Shown here piece after piece: positions 11,356 to 23,645 of a stretch of DNA of 64,000 nt. Source of the DNA: Phoronis australis (taxonomy: Eukaryota; Animalia; Phoronida). Location of the stretch: positions 960,642 to 1,024,641 of the forward strand of contig NMRA01000008.1 of the NCBI GenBank assembly GCA_002633005.1, written 5' to 3'. Positions within the stretch are counted from its first letter, which is position 1, and every line of letters begins with the position of its first letter. Under the pieces are notes generated by a model. The model was not told the DNA's origin, ran no database searches, and saw only the letters and a program-made list of their open reading frames with translations. The position numbers and the translations under genes are program-made.

Positions 11356-11485
11356 CTTGCTGGTAGACGTCCCTCTCAATGACATGTCTGAATTCACATC
11401 TGGCCATGTGATGGCGCAGCTCTGGCTTGGGTAGCTCATGTCTAGCATTGAACGGGCAAACCACGTACTCTTTTCCAGTCCAGTT
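11356..11485 (-). CDS. GTSF1: GTSF1-like exon 2 (second CHHC zinc finger)
   Basis: NWTGKEYVVCPFNARHELPKPELRHHMARCEFRHVIERDVYQQ has the C-x5-H-x9-H-x3-C U11-48K-type finger with the CPFNARH signature. Confidence 0.92.
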
Positions 11486-12595
11486 CTAAAGAAACAATCC
11501 ATTCAGACAATTGTATATCATGTAACTAAAATACAGAACAGCCTAGAATCCTCCCTTTTATCAATATAAAAAAGTACTTTTAATATACGGTAGTTAATTT
11601 ACACAGGAATCACAAGGTGACAAGTTATATCACATTGTACAATTAGCTTGGCTGACAATATCAAGTCCTGCAGACAACTGATTTTCTGTGGCAGCATTTG
11701 TGCAACATAAAAATGAAGAACGTCGCTTGGTCTACAACTGTAACCTTGCCAGGTTTTTATAGGCTAAGGAGTAAGCTACTAAATGGCAATGTTACATGCC
11801 TACAAATATAGTGTATGGTGACAAATGGAAAAGTCTGTCCGTTTTCTTGAAAACTTCCTTCACAAAGCACCTGATTATCTACAACAGTTTTAGCTCAAGT
11901 GTAATTGTGGAATGGTTCCAAATATGAGGCCTGTGCACATCTGATGCACCACAAAGACATGAGACCACCTACACTTTTTTAACCTTGCACACTGTAGACA
12001 CTAGCAACTAGCAGTTGAAAACAGAATGAAAACATTGTGAACCGATTTCAAGCCAGTATATGTAATTAATTACTATTTAGAAATGAAAAACAGCATTAGA
12101 ACCACAGCCATTATAAATCTACGATGCTTTGTATTTTGTCAAAAGATGTAAAAGAACTCCGAGTACAAACCCATGGCATCTTCATTAAAGCTGATCTGAA
12201 TTTCTTTTTTGTGTGAAGCAGAGCAATTGTTAAATCAGTAATGTCTTCTGCGGCAACTTTTTGAAGTGTGATTGGTAACGCTAGACAAAGACTTAGCATT
12301 GAATAGCAAATTAGCCATAAAAACGCCTTCCGACACAAAAACCATCTTTTGATTAATGGACCACTGAGTAAGGAACAAGTTGAGATCAATTTATAGCAGT
12401 AAGTGGTTGAACACGAATAAGTGGTTTTCACCTCATAAAAAATGTATTTTACACTTAAAATGCACTTAAAAAAGCTTAAGTTCTTCAGTGATCCTTTCTG
12501 ATTCTGAACATATCTGCGGTGAAGCATGCCAAGGGGAATTAAGATGACTTTTACCAAGAATTCAAAAACTTCATTTGTGGTTGCTGTTTACCTTT

Positions 12596-12905
12596 TAACC
12601 GCGTATGATAACCACAAAGTATTTCAGTTGACATCACGTGAGTAAGGCAAGGACAAAAGCAAAGCGCATGACACTTACAAAAAGTAGCGTGGGAAGATAT
12701 CCCTTGACTTTATATTTGTCAATTAAACTGGCCTGATTTCGCACAACTTTCCTCAAAATGGCACACGGTGAGGGAAGCTTGAGTGAACTGGGACAGATTT
12801 TCATGGATGTGTTCAAATTTTGTTGACTACTAGTAAATTGTTACCATAATATTGGTATGTGTTAATTATAATTGAGTGCGTATATGCATGTTTCATTCGA
12901 TCCTA
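12596..12905. mobile_element. Fragment of a dispersed repeat family (TTAA-flanked, piggyBac-like MITE); homologous copy at ~62.97-63.42 kb
   Basis: Shared CTTCCTCAAAATGGC...TTTTCATGrATrTGyTCAA...GGTATGTGTT...TATGCATGTTTCATTyGAT. Confidence 0.55.
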
Positions 12906-13501
12906 TTTGTCACTAAGTAACTTTGATGTGTCCACCTACCACGTACACTAAGCAATGTAATTGCCTATATAGCTATAATTACCCACGGCAGTGACCACCA
13001 CCTCTAGCTAGCTCAACAGAAGCAGTGAAGATCCAATTTTTGCCGCGTCGGCCAGGAGCACACGCGGCGTTAAAAATGGCCAGTTTCCGATTTGGGCAAC
13101 TGAACGAAAGATTACTGGAAGCAAAAAATGATTACGGGAGTATTTGTTCGAGTTTGAGCGAATTAAAACCATCAGCAAGATTCCTAAACTGTCCCTCTAT
13201 GAGCAAAAGGTATTTATAATAACGTCAGCGTGAGACATAATTTGCTGAAAAGCTTCCATGCAGGCCCGGCTAGTTGGAGACGGTGGTCACGACAACCGTG
13301 CATCTAGTCAATTTTCTAGATCCTCAAAATGGTTATGGTGCCAAGGGCTGACCTGAGCGCCCTGTGAATGTTTGGTACGGCATGTACCAGACTGCCAGCA
13401 ATCATTTGTTTTACCCAATGTCCCAATGGGTTCATCAGCCACTCGACGAAATGCAAACTGTTGGGTGATTTACAACGACTTTAAATTGTGCGTCTTCTCA
13501 C

Positions 13502-13609
13502 CTTCCTGCACTTCATCAGGTGATAAGGGAATCTCTTAGCACGTACCATGTGCGTGTTGTCGTAAGGACACTCCATGTGATCCTCACCATCAACAACAGA
13601 CAAAGACAT
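13502..13609 (-). CDS. GTSF1: Gametocyte-specific factor 1 (GTSF1/Asterix)-like, first coding exon (first CHHC zinc finger)
   Basis: [36 protein letters not shown] matches the GTSF1 CPYD..H.....RFPYHL.KCRK motif. Model: 13609-13502, 11485-11356, 9454-9362, 8037-7902, 6728-6524 = 672 nt, 223 aa. Confidence 0.92.
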
Positions 13610-13779
13610 TATCTGAAAAAATTGCACAGTGAACGTTGACACCAAGTATAACAATACAGTACAGCAAAAATACATGCAACAATTCAAATGTCAGCACTGG
13701 TTCCCGCTGTCATATAATCGAAATCAATTTAGACCTTGTTTCAGTTAAAGACGCAACAAAATTGTGACAACTCAAAGTG

Positions 13780-13975
13780 ATTAATGGGATATTTATAGGG
13801 AAACTTTCGAATCCCGTTACGTTTTCAGATCACGACAGCCAACAGGGTCACTTCACGTGTTGTGTCAAAACATGTGCTTTATTACCTCCACTTCATAAGA
13901 GCTCCGCCATTTCCGTTTCCAAGAAAACAGAGGGCTTACCAAAAGCACAGATGATTTAACGTGGGGGAATTTCCA
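13780..13975. promoter_or_regulatory. Probable bidirectional promoter shared by GTSF1-like and EPSTI1-like
   Basis: Divergent start codons 367 bp apart; YY1-like CCGCCATTT (~13904), E-box CACGTG (13854); candidate minus-strand 5'UTR donors near 13885 and 13939. Confidence 0.6.
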
Positions 13976-14199
13976 ATGACTACACCAAGCCGTCCTGCGA
14001 GAACGCAGAATCCTCGAGGCAGAGGTCAAAGCAGGACGCAGCCAACGATGCAGAACCCAAATGACTTCAATCCAGGCAGACGTGGGGAGTATGGTGGTGG
14101 TTACGACGCGGCCGCGAATTCTCCTCAAAGTCAAAGACCAAGACAGGGATATGGAGATTTTGAGTCTGGTGCAAGACCTAAGCAGGACAATGACGAGTC
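13976..14199 (+). CDS. EPSTI1: Epithelial-stromal interaction protein 1 (EPSTI1)-like, exon 1
   Basis: Low-complexity N-terminus MTTPSRPART...QDNDES, donor gtaaat in phase 2; start could instead be ATG 14047. Model: 13976-14199, 16194-16252, 17233-17396, 18284-18367, 19572-19633, 26783-26834. Confidence 0.7.
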
Positions 14200-14680
14200 G
14201 TAAATATTGAATTTAATTTAGTCATGGGCTCTAATATTTCTACTTGAAACCGCACTCAACATTATCTTGGCATTTTCTGTTGCAATGCAATTACGGTTTA
14301 TGCACGTGAGTTTCTAGTCCAAGTTTGCACTTGATGACCCTTACATGCGTGTTGTACAAACTAGTAAAAACTCAAAAATGAGTTTATACACACGAATTTT
14401 AGCCTTAATGCTGTAGTCATCTAGTGCAAAATGGAATTAAAAAGTTATCCACTGGAGGCATTTGCGTACTTGAGCATAATAAGACTCAAATCTTGAATTT
14501 GGTGCACAAAAGTGGAATAGAAACCACCAAACATAATTTTGAGTGTCGTTTCGAGTAAAAAGATTTGATCCCGGACCCTGTACTATTTGGGTGAGAAAAA
14601 TAGTGGTGGAGTACTCAAAAGGGTTAATCTGCACTCAGTAGTCATGAATGATAGGTTGCTTTTAAACATTCTGCTGATGG

Positions 14681-14969
14681 CAGGGGCGGATCCAGGATTT
14701 TGAGTTAGGGGGGCCAGGGCACGGGAATAACCAGAATTTCGTCAGATGTGCGCGCCCAGGCTAAATTGTGGGGACGCAGAGGCCTCAAATGCGGACCTGT
14801 TGACTAAAAAAAACGTAAACGGGGTTTGTTCAGTTTGTTCAGGGCCTATGCGTTGTTTATTCACCCCCGACGAGCCCCTGCTTGCGCACACCTGAACTCC
14901 CAAATGGTATCTGGTAGAATTTTAGGGGAGCCATGGCCCTCTTGCCCCCCCCCCTTAAATCTGCCAGTG
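14681..14969. mobile_element. hAT-like MITE (CAGGGGCGGATCCAG family) with 5-bp TSD GATGG
   Basis: Ends CAGGGGCGGATCC... and ...AAATCTGCCAGTG flanked by GATGG on both sides; inverted sister copy at 56403-56559. Confidence 0.75.
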
Positions 14970-16193
14970 GATGGGGGCTGGAGATCACAGCAGAATTGGC
15001 TGATAGAAAGTATCTTCAATTCAGTAGAAACCAATCACCCTGACCTGGATAAGCTCGAACAATAGTTTATGTCTCTCTGATGCTGGGCATGTGATGCCAT
15101 TGGGTGACAAAGTGAAATTTACCTGTAATGTGTTTGGTAATGACCTCTGAGGACTCCATTCATCCACTAGCATTGACAAATCCCCATGGGTAACTTGCCA
15201 GGTGATAGTTACATGTATTCCCGGTGCCTGGGTATAACTTTCAAGTGAAACTAAAATCAGAAAGCCCAACGAGTTGCCGACAGATTTACCAGCTGTCAAT
15301 AAGCTATGCCCTTTTTTGATGGTCTTTATTATTTTCCTCTTGAATTTAAGTTAAATTCAATTCCATTCTCCAGGATAGTTTACTTGGCCAATTGTTAAAG
15401 ATTGATTGTTCACAGCTGTGTTTTCTTACAATTAAGGTCACAACTTTTTTGTTCAGAAGAGTAACCTGGAATTTTGCATTTAAGACAAAATGAAAGCGAG
15501 ATAATTTCCGCTTGGCACTACAATCATCATATCCAATCTATTATTATAATAGAACGAAGCTAACGACGCAACAAATGATGTTCTTGAGCAACATTTCGAT
15601 TTAATAGCTATTTTTTATTCACAGGTAAGTTCCTTTTTCATCCTAATTGTTTGGTGTACTAACTGTCGTTTATTTTATCAACCAAAAAGTAAATCGGGTT
15701 GGGCTGTTCCATTATATATTATTATGGGGATAATCGGCCGTGTGCCTACTAGCATGTATGACATCCCCAAGGGATGTATTTCCTACAAGGTCAAATCATG
15801 GGAGCCTATTGGCTAATTCATCCCAAAAACATCCCCTTGCTGGTGAATGAAACATATTCTGCTCTCAATTTAGTCTTGAAAGTGATAAAAATGGCTGACA
15901 AGTGAAATTTTATGTTGTTATAATTTTTTTCAATGTAACATATATACTAACATCAAATTAAATTCTTTCCCGTGCTCCAATTTAGTACCATAACTACCAT
16001 CAGACAATTTTGAAAAATTTTGGACGATTCACAATAAAGGACCTCTTGAAAAATCGAAAGGGGCATTTTTGGCAACTATTTTTTCCCAAATTTGGTGAGG
16101 TTTTACCATAGTGTTTGTGACTTTCACAAATAATCGGAGTATACATGAAATCTTCTATGATTATGATTATGAATAATTGTGTACTTGTTGTAG

Positions 16194-16252
16194 TTACAAG
16201 CCATACACTGTGATAGCACCCAATGAAAAGAAGCGACAACAGGTCACAAGAC
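16194..16252 (+). CDS. EPSTI1: EPSTI1-like exon 2
   Basis: ttgtag acceptor, gtaagt donor; YKPYTVIAPNEKKRQQVTR resembles the EPSTI1 F/YT.IAPN..RR motif. Confidence 0.85.
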
Positions 16253-17232
16253 GTAAGTGATTTTATATTTTTCAAGTGATGACCTGAGCTGCTACTGTAG
16301 TGTATGAGAATGAGCTTAAGAAATATTATACACAGTACGTATTCATTGTTAAAGGTTCCTTTCAGGCTTGCAGATAATTTGCACATTTTCTAATCATTCC
16401 TCTGTTGAATTAAAAATGCTATTTTGTGGTTGTAGGAAACCATAAAATAGTTAGTTTGGTACCATTCAGCTCTTTTGTAGAAAATTGAACACAATTCAAA
16501 TCAGTCATCTTTTTAACAATTAAACGCCAAGTGTGCCAAACATTATTAAGTGTTAGCTTTTTAGGGAAAGTGACCTTTGGATATCCTTTTGCCGCATATT
16601 TATGAACAACTGTCCAGGGCTTAAAGTCCATTAAAATTATCCTTTGAATTGGGGAATTAAGTAAGCTATTCGATTTTTTAGTATCGGTGCCATTTTGACA
16701 TTTTGTACACAGTCAAGTGAAATTAAAATTTCAACTTTGAAAACAGTAATAATAGTTAAGCTAGATTTACGTAGTGCTGTAAATTATTGAATACTTTGAA
16801 AACTATTACTGGGGTATGAACCTCATCAATTTTACTCCTTCTCAACACCTGGAAGCATACAATGGGTGCAACCATTGTCGGAGCACACTAATTAATCTAA
16901 ACATGCAATTTTTGTAAAAAAATTCAGTTGCTAAGATATCCCCATTGTTACCTGAGAGGGGAAAAATATTCAAGACCTGCAAAATTGTTGAAAATGTAAT
17001 GCGACTATATTTCTATTCCTATTTGCGAGTCCAAACTGCATCACAATTGTGGCAGACACGTCGTTGCTGAACAGTGCATACATTTGGAAGTTACAAAATG
17101 AACCGTAGGCTGCAAGTTACACAAGTGGGGCTCACTACGCGATTAAGGCCAAATAGTGTAAGAGTAGATATCACGGTGAATATGGAGTATCACTTACAAT
17201 TATACATCATTTGACAATTATTTATTTATTAG

Positions 17233-17396
17233 AAGCTGAAGCAGAGCAACAGGCTTATGAAGAACACAAGAAGAAGATGCAGTTGGGTCATGTGTCCTAT
17301 GTCGGCACAGCTGGAGGTGGTCAGCAGGTGGTCAGTGAACATACAGCTCGGATGAGGGCACAGCAGCATAACAAGAGTTCGGTATTTAACTCTAAG
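17233..17396 (+). CDS. EPSTI1: EPSTI1-like exon 3
   Basis: AEAEQQAYEEHKKKMQLGHVSYVGTAGGGQQVVSEHTARMRAQQHNKSSVFNSK; phase fits exon 2; GG..SE..AR pattern as in EPSTI1. Confidence 0.8.
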
Positions 17397-18283
17397 GTAG
17401 TTTGGGCACGCTTCATGAGGTGCTGCTTTTGTTTCTTGGGTATGATACGCTCGTTACCTGCTAGGTTGTTGCCTAGCAGGAAAGTTTCACTGCTGTCAGT
17501 TTTAGCGTAGAGGTGTCTCCACTTCAGGGCCCAGGGTTTATAATCCCCAAACAAAGATTAGATCTCGTGCCAAGTCATGGTCATCATTTTAGATCTGCTC
17601 ATCCTGTTGTAGGGTGAAAGGGGTTTGCGTCATGATTCATGCAGGTAAAATTGTGGATTTCACAATCATGACATTTTTCAAGTTCACGACATATTATTTT
17701 GATTCCTCCCATGGTTTTCCCAGCCTGAGCCTCTGTTAATCACTCATAGTTGCAAATGTCATATAATCAGTTTAGCTTAAGTATTAGTAAAATTGCACGA
17801 GTCGGAGACTTGCAGAAGTCGGGGTGTCACTTAATGCGGTAAAAGCTCCACAGTACAGTTGTTCTGGTTTGTGTTCTCAGCCTTTCAGATAATTTAGATT
17901 CCTCGTTGCTCGGATAATATATCTTGGTACGATTGGGTCCGACTTGTGCAAGTTTTGCTGTAGTTACAGAACAGTTGTACCTTAAGAAGCACACCTCTCA
18001 ATAACCAGTCTCAAAAATGCTTTTCTGATGTTATATTCTTGAAATCTCAGTTCAAGCTACCTCCAATTTCCCCCATGGAGCTACCCATAATGCCACTGGC
18101 ATATCGCTATCAAGACTGGTGTATAAAACCTCAGAAGTGTCCTACTTTACAATAGTTAACGTCCCTCTCCTGATGCTCTGTGTGTGAACCATTGTGAACG
18201 GTTTGCAGCAATGTGTAAGGATACGACGTGAGAGATATAGGTCTGGAAAATCCGTATTGTGGAATATTTGCTCTTGTTTACAG

Positions 18284-18367
18284 CAAAAGGCTCAAGAATG
18301 GAGGGACAATAAAAAGAGGATTGAAGAGCAAGAGATACAACGAAAAAGAAATGCTCAACGTGAAAAG
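18284..18367 (+). CDS. EPSTI1: EPSTI1-like exon 4 (coiled coil)
   Basis: QKAQEWRDNKKRIEEQEIQRKRNAQREK; compare EPSTI1 ..EEAE.QK.KAIQREK. Confidence 0.85.
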
Positions 18368-19399
18368 GTTTGACATCCGTGCATCATGATGTTGCTTCGT
18401 GTTAAAAGCTTCATTTCTCCATGTTGAGCGAGCAGTCAAATCCTGAAAATCGATTTGCTGTAAAATCTCATCAGTTTAGGACACAATATGGCCAACAAGT
18501 CGTCATGAATTGTATTGTTTCCACTGAATACCCGACTCATTATCCAGTGAGTCGAGTTCATTTCCATATCTTTTGTGTTCATTGCCTTTTTATCGGACTA
18601 GCTGCTGCTTGAAGTCATCATCGTTTTGTTTACATCAAAGGTCAAAGGTCACACTTTCCATAATGTCTATGTCTTGCCATACAAAATAAGGTGACGAGCT
18701 TTGCCTTGTGGTAGAAAAATCGACCAAGTGATGAGCTGTTGACATCATTTTTTTGACATTCGAAACTAAAAGAAAAAAATGCTTTGACATCAACAGAGAT
18801 TCAAAATTTTTATGAACGAACCATAAAAATACCTGGTGAACAGGTTGAATTCTGTTTCGGTGGCAGACAACCATTTTGAATTATGCAATTCAGTCTGTTT
18901 TCGCTTTCCAGGCCTTTTTAAGCATCGCGCATAATAGTGGCTGTTTATTTATATGTCAAAAAATGTAAATGACAATTCCATGTAATGGGAAATTGCGTTG
19001 AAATCTTTGAAAAAAATTGGGCATTCACGACAATGTTTGAAGCCCTTGAAAAATGAAGAAAGGGCAACAACCCTTCACACAAACCAGTTGATCATCAGCA
19101 GTCAGTATGTTTTTGGGGAACTTATGATCATGCAAATGAGTTTGAGGTTCATGGGTGAATTTTTGTTTGTTCATGCATAATGTTACATTTTGTATTCATG
19201 GATCAGTGCTTCTTGCTCATAATTCAGTAATTCTGCAAAGGATTTCAATGTCCTATCCTATTTAAATGTTTTACCCATGGTATAAGTAGCAAGCATATAG
19301 TTTCTTGAAACTAATAAATTTTATTAACTCATAGTGTGATTCTTTTTCAACTAAATCACGTTTGCAGGTTCACTTGTATAAGTGGCAACAGCCAGTTAA

Positions 19400-19482
19400 A
19401 GGGGCCCCAGATTTTGAGAACCATTTTTAATTGCTGCATGTTATTCAGTACAGAAAACTGGTTCTTAAAATGTGGGGCTCCT
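19400..19482. mobile_element. Small palindromic MITE (TTTTGAGAACC/GGTTCTyAAAA); second copy at ~24602-24673
   Basis: GGGGCCCCAGATTTTGAGAACCA...TGGTTCTTAAAATGTGGGGCTCC forms a hairpin; a near-identical arrangement occurs at 24.6 kb. Confidence 0.6.
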
Positions 19483-19571
19483 TGCAAGTGATTACTACCA
19501 CATCAGTTACCATGAGATGACTTTCTTGTCTAGCTCAAAGTTAATATGAATTACTAATCGCGTTCTTTCAG

Positions 19572-19633
19572 TCATATCAGAACAAAGCCAATGAACAAGC
19601 GAGACAGGAGCAACTGCGAGATGACCATTATAG
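19572..19633 (+). CDS. EPSTI1: EPSTI1-like exon 5
   Basis: ctttcag acceptor, gtatgt donor; SYQNKANEQARQEQLRDDHYR. Confidence 0.82.
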
Positions 19634-22600
19634 GTATGTCTGTGTTGTGATGTAAGACAATGAGTCACTTGATAACCACCAGGTGGTACTAAGACACTCT
19701 TTTTAATACAACAGGAACACTACTGTTCATGTGTAGGATTACAATTCTTGGTTCTAAATGCCCCACCTGACTACATGAAGCTGTATGTTTCTTGTGGTAA
19801 GGCGGTTGCTTATCAAGCACCACTTTATGAATTAGTGTTCCTCACTTGTTGGTTACTTGAAGTAGCAATTTTGGTATCTGGAAATAAATGATTTTCTTGA
19901 AATTTTGATACTAAACAGAACATTTTGTTGCTTAGAAAAATAGATTGTAATGCTGTCTGTTAACTTCTTCATTTCCCCCCCAAAGCTTTTGGTGAGTCAC
20001 CCTCATTATTATGTGGATAAGCATATTGGGTAGTTCCCCATTCTTGACCCTGTTAATCCTCTATTCCCTGGGAGATAAGTAGGTTTAATGACATTGGCAG
20101 ACAAGAGGAAGACAACTTTTAACAAATTCTGATCAAAGGTAGATTTTTTTTATTTTTCTAGCATCTTTGAAGAAATTTCACTTGATCGTTTACTATGTCA
20201 AATTAGGAATGAAACAATGGACTCTAAAATATTTATCATCAAGATTTAATTGACTCGAATAAAAACAATTCTGATTTAGGATCTGAATTATGTCAGATGT
20301 GACACAAAATATGTACCGGGGCCTGGAGGATATGAATTTTAACTGAAACCTTTCATTGACTGCCACACCTGAAATCTTGAATACTCTACCTGCCTCAGCA
20401 TAGTTTTTCATAAGTTACATAATTATTATGATTTCAAATGGCAAGTATTTTTTCAAATGGTTTTCCATATTGTGAGATTCCCATTAATTCGTGATTCAAC
20501 GTTAGTCAAAGTGTTACTGCAAAACTGTTTGAAATTGGTTCAGATGACTAGCCCTAAATGATTGGAAGCATTTTTCTACAAACAAACAAGTTGTAATTCT
20601 CCGGTGTGGAGGCATACTGTTTGACTAACGTTTACAGAGTATATTCACGCCATCAACTAACGTTTTCCGTTGGGAACGTTAGTCAGCCAGAGTTCACCAA
20701 TGTACATTCATTTCATCGACTAAAATTTTCCTTGGGGAAAGTTAGTTTGAATTTGCCTGTACAGATTCATGCCATCGACTGACATTTTCCATAGGGAACG
20801 TTAGTCAAAATTCTCCAGAGTAGTGTCATGTCATCGACTAACGTTTTCTGTGAGGAATGTTAGTCAGCCAGAGTTCACCAATTGTCAGCATTTTGATGAG
20901 AACTTCTTACCTTCGCAGTCCATAACTTGCTGAACCATAACGCAGCAATGACGTAGATGGAACACCTGACTATGCTGCTGGTGTTAACCGCATGAAAAGA
21001 AGTTAACTATTTTGTTTGAAGTCGATAATCAACATTTAATTTAAAATATGACTAACTAGCTGTATTTATGAAAGAACTCCCGTGTTCGTGCTCAGCCAAC
21101 TTCTTGCAGAACGACATTGCAGTAATCACTAAAATAGGCATACAAATCTCCCGTATGGCTGAAATCTGATCACACAGTTCCCGTTAGCAACCAGTAGAGA
21201 AGTTAACAACTTAACATTAACTCAACAATTAACAGTAATACATTAATATTTATTAATTTAAAGAACTCCCAAGTTCCCACTCATCCATTCGTGCCGAACG
21301 ATTACGCCACAATCACGAAATTCGTCTACAAATCCCCCATGAACTCTTGTTTGCCGCTTGTAGAGAAGTTAACAATTAAAATGAAGCTGGCAATTAGCTG
21401 AAATAGCAGCTATTTTAAACACGACTGACTTATAGTAAAGACCTCTTTCCTTCGCAACGGACACGCACGTACGGCTGCTACCTGACTTTACTGCTTCTAT
21501 TAGTCGCCAGGATGCAAAAATGCGTCATATTACAAATAAAACGCGTGATATGACGCATGTTTGCGTGATATGACGCATATGTGCGTTACATTACGTATAT
21601 TTGCATCATATTGCGCAAACCGTTACACACAAAAGTTACAATTGCCTACTACCAAGATGTTGTTTATTTGTTTTTCAAAGTAAAGTCAGAAATGTGTTTA
21701 GAAAATGATAGTCTTTCATACCAAGTCATTTTTGATAGGCACAGGCTCCGTGAGGAAATATCGAGTTCAGCTACTAGGACCGGTAGCGGATTTTGGGGGG
21801 CAGTTTATACCCCAAGTCGCGGCAGAATCGTGACCCTGTTTTTTTTTTTTAAGTCCAACGATATAGTTTCTGAACAGAAGGTTCACATCCCTGGCTCTGG
21901 AACTTTCGGGCCGCCTGTTCAAATACAATCGCGCTTTGTACAATTCCCCGAGGCAACGGGTTGGGCCCCCCCCTTATTGTATCCTAGATCCTCCACTGTA
22001 TTACATTCCAGTTCAGGACTAAGTGAGATATTCCCTATTTAAATAAGATCGACTGGGTGAGATTTGGTGTTAACATTACTATTTCTTCAACAAAGGAGTA
22101 GTTTTAACTAGGGGAAAGGTGCTGATATCATTGGTTGAGTGATATGCCCTCACATTATTGTAATAGACATTACAATAGTGAAGTCATTGTTTTCTAAATA
22201 ATAACATCTTTCTGCTTACACAATCTATATGATTTTTTTTAGCTTTTAAACTTTGTCACTCTGCCATGTTTTATTATAATGTATTTGCATTAATTTTGAG
22301 AAATAACCTGATTTCAAATCCAATTTAGAGGAAACACAAATAACTTTCTATTTTTGCTATGGAGTAGTGAACTGTTTATTGATATTTTACAATCCTGTAA
22401 AAGTAATCAGGAAGTTTCACACATCTCTGAATGGCTCATTTTTTTCATAAAATTAAATTTTATCTCGTATTTTATTAAACTATCAACTTCCAAACACAGC
22501 GCCTTCAACCAAACCATAGGCAAAGAATTTGTTTTTCAGTGGATCACATTTCAGCTGTTCTGTGGGAGAGATGGAAAGGGCTAAGGTGACTATTATGTAA

Positions 22601-22912
22601 CTAGTGTGCTGTTTTCTCAGAATTTCAACTTGTGTCACAACTCTGTGGTTTCCAAGTCTTACACTTAGGTGGTGAGGTTTTCACAGGCCAGCTAAGTTGA
22701 AAGAACTAAGATGCTGTGTATTTGAAGTGAGTTAAATTGTAAAAATATCAATATAATAAAAGTTTTTAGTTTTCAAATTTTCAAACAAGGGGTATTAATA
22801 AATAAAATGGGACTGCTAAGTGCAATTATGTAATAATAGTAATTACTAAGAGTGATTATCGCTGTAGCTAATTTTATTGCTGCTTATTTTCAGCATTGGT
22901 CCTACCAGTTTG

Positions 22913-23061
22913 AATGAATGGATGCTTGAGTGAACGGAAGTTTGAGTGAATGGATGTTTGAGTGAACGGAAGCTTGAGTGAATGGATGTTTGAGTGAATG
23001 GATGTTTGAGTGAACGGATGTTTGAGTGAATGGATGTTTGTCTGGATGTTTGAGTGAATGG
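22913..23061. repeat. 16-bp minisatellite (TGAGTGAATGGATGTT)n
   Basis: About 9 near-identical units; explains spurious ORFs 22846-23076 and 22874-23092. Confidence 0.92.
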
Positions 23062-23246
23062 CATCATAGTTAACACATGTAGTTGTGGTCAATCATGGGT
23101 AAATTTCCATTTCTGTTGCCAGAAGCAACCCTTTACGAATATAATTTTTACAACTGGTAGGAGTTTTGAGTAAATACTCTGAATCAAATAGTTCAGGCCA
23201 TGACATCCTCAGTAAAAAATATTTAGTTTATGATAACCCAGAAGTA

Positions 23247-23645
23247 TAGATCATTATACCTAGGTTTTCATGTAATACAGAGAAATTGTACCAAGTTAGA
23301 TCATTATACCTGGGTTTACATGTAATGCAGAGAAATTGTGCCAAGTTAGATCATTATACCTGGGTTTACATGTAATACAGAGATATTGTGCCACTTTAGA
23401 TCATTATACCTGGGTTTACATGTAATACAGAGAAATTGTGCCAAGTTAGATCATTATACCTGGGTTTACATGTAATACAGAGAAATTGTGCCAAGTTAGA
23501 TCATTATACCTGGGTTTACATGTAATGCAGAAATATTGTGCCAAGTTAGGTCATTATACCTGGGTTTACATGTAATACAGAGAAATTTTGCCAAGTTAGG
23601 TCATTATACCTGGGTTTGCATGTAATACAGAGAAATTGTGCTACT
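23247..23645. repeat. 50-bp minisatellite, ~8 copies
   Basis: Unit TAGATCATTATACCTGGGTTTACATGTAATACAGAGAAATTGTGCCAAGT with exact period 50 (23251, 23301 ... 23601). Confidence 0.95.

Noticed and set aside
12111-12557. Long ORFs 12111-12557, 16000-16386 and 21581-22042
   Set aside because: No recognisable domains; they are intronic or antisense and overlap repeat-derived sequence.
15765-15860. U17/snR30-like motifs (TATTTCCTAC, AAAACAT, GAAACATAT)
   Set aside because: Both motifs deviate from AUAUUCCUA and AAACCAU, spacing to ACA is wrong, and the context looks like a DNA-transposon fragment.
22846-23092. Repetitive ORFs on the minus strand
   Set aside because: Translation artefacts of the 16-bp minisatellite.
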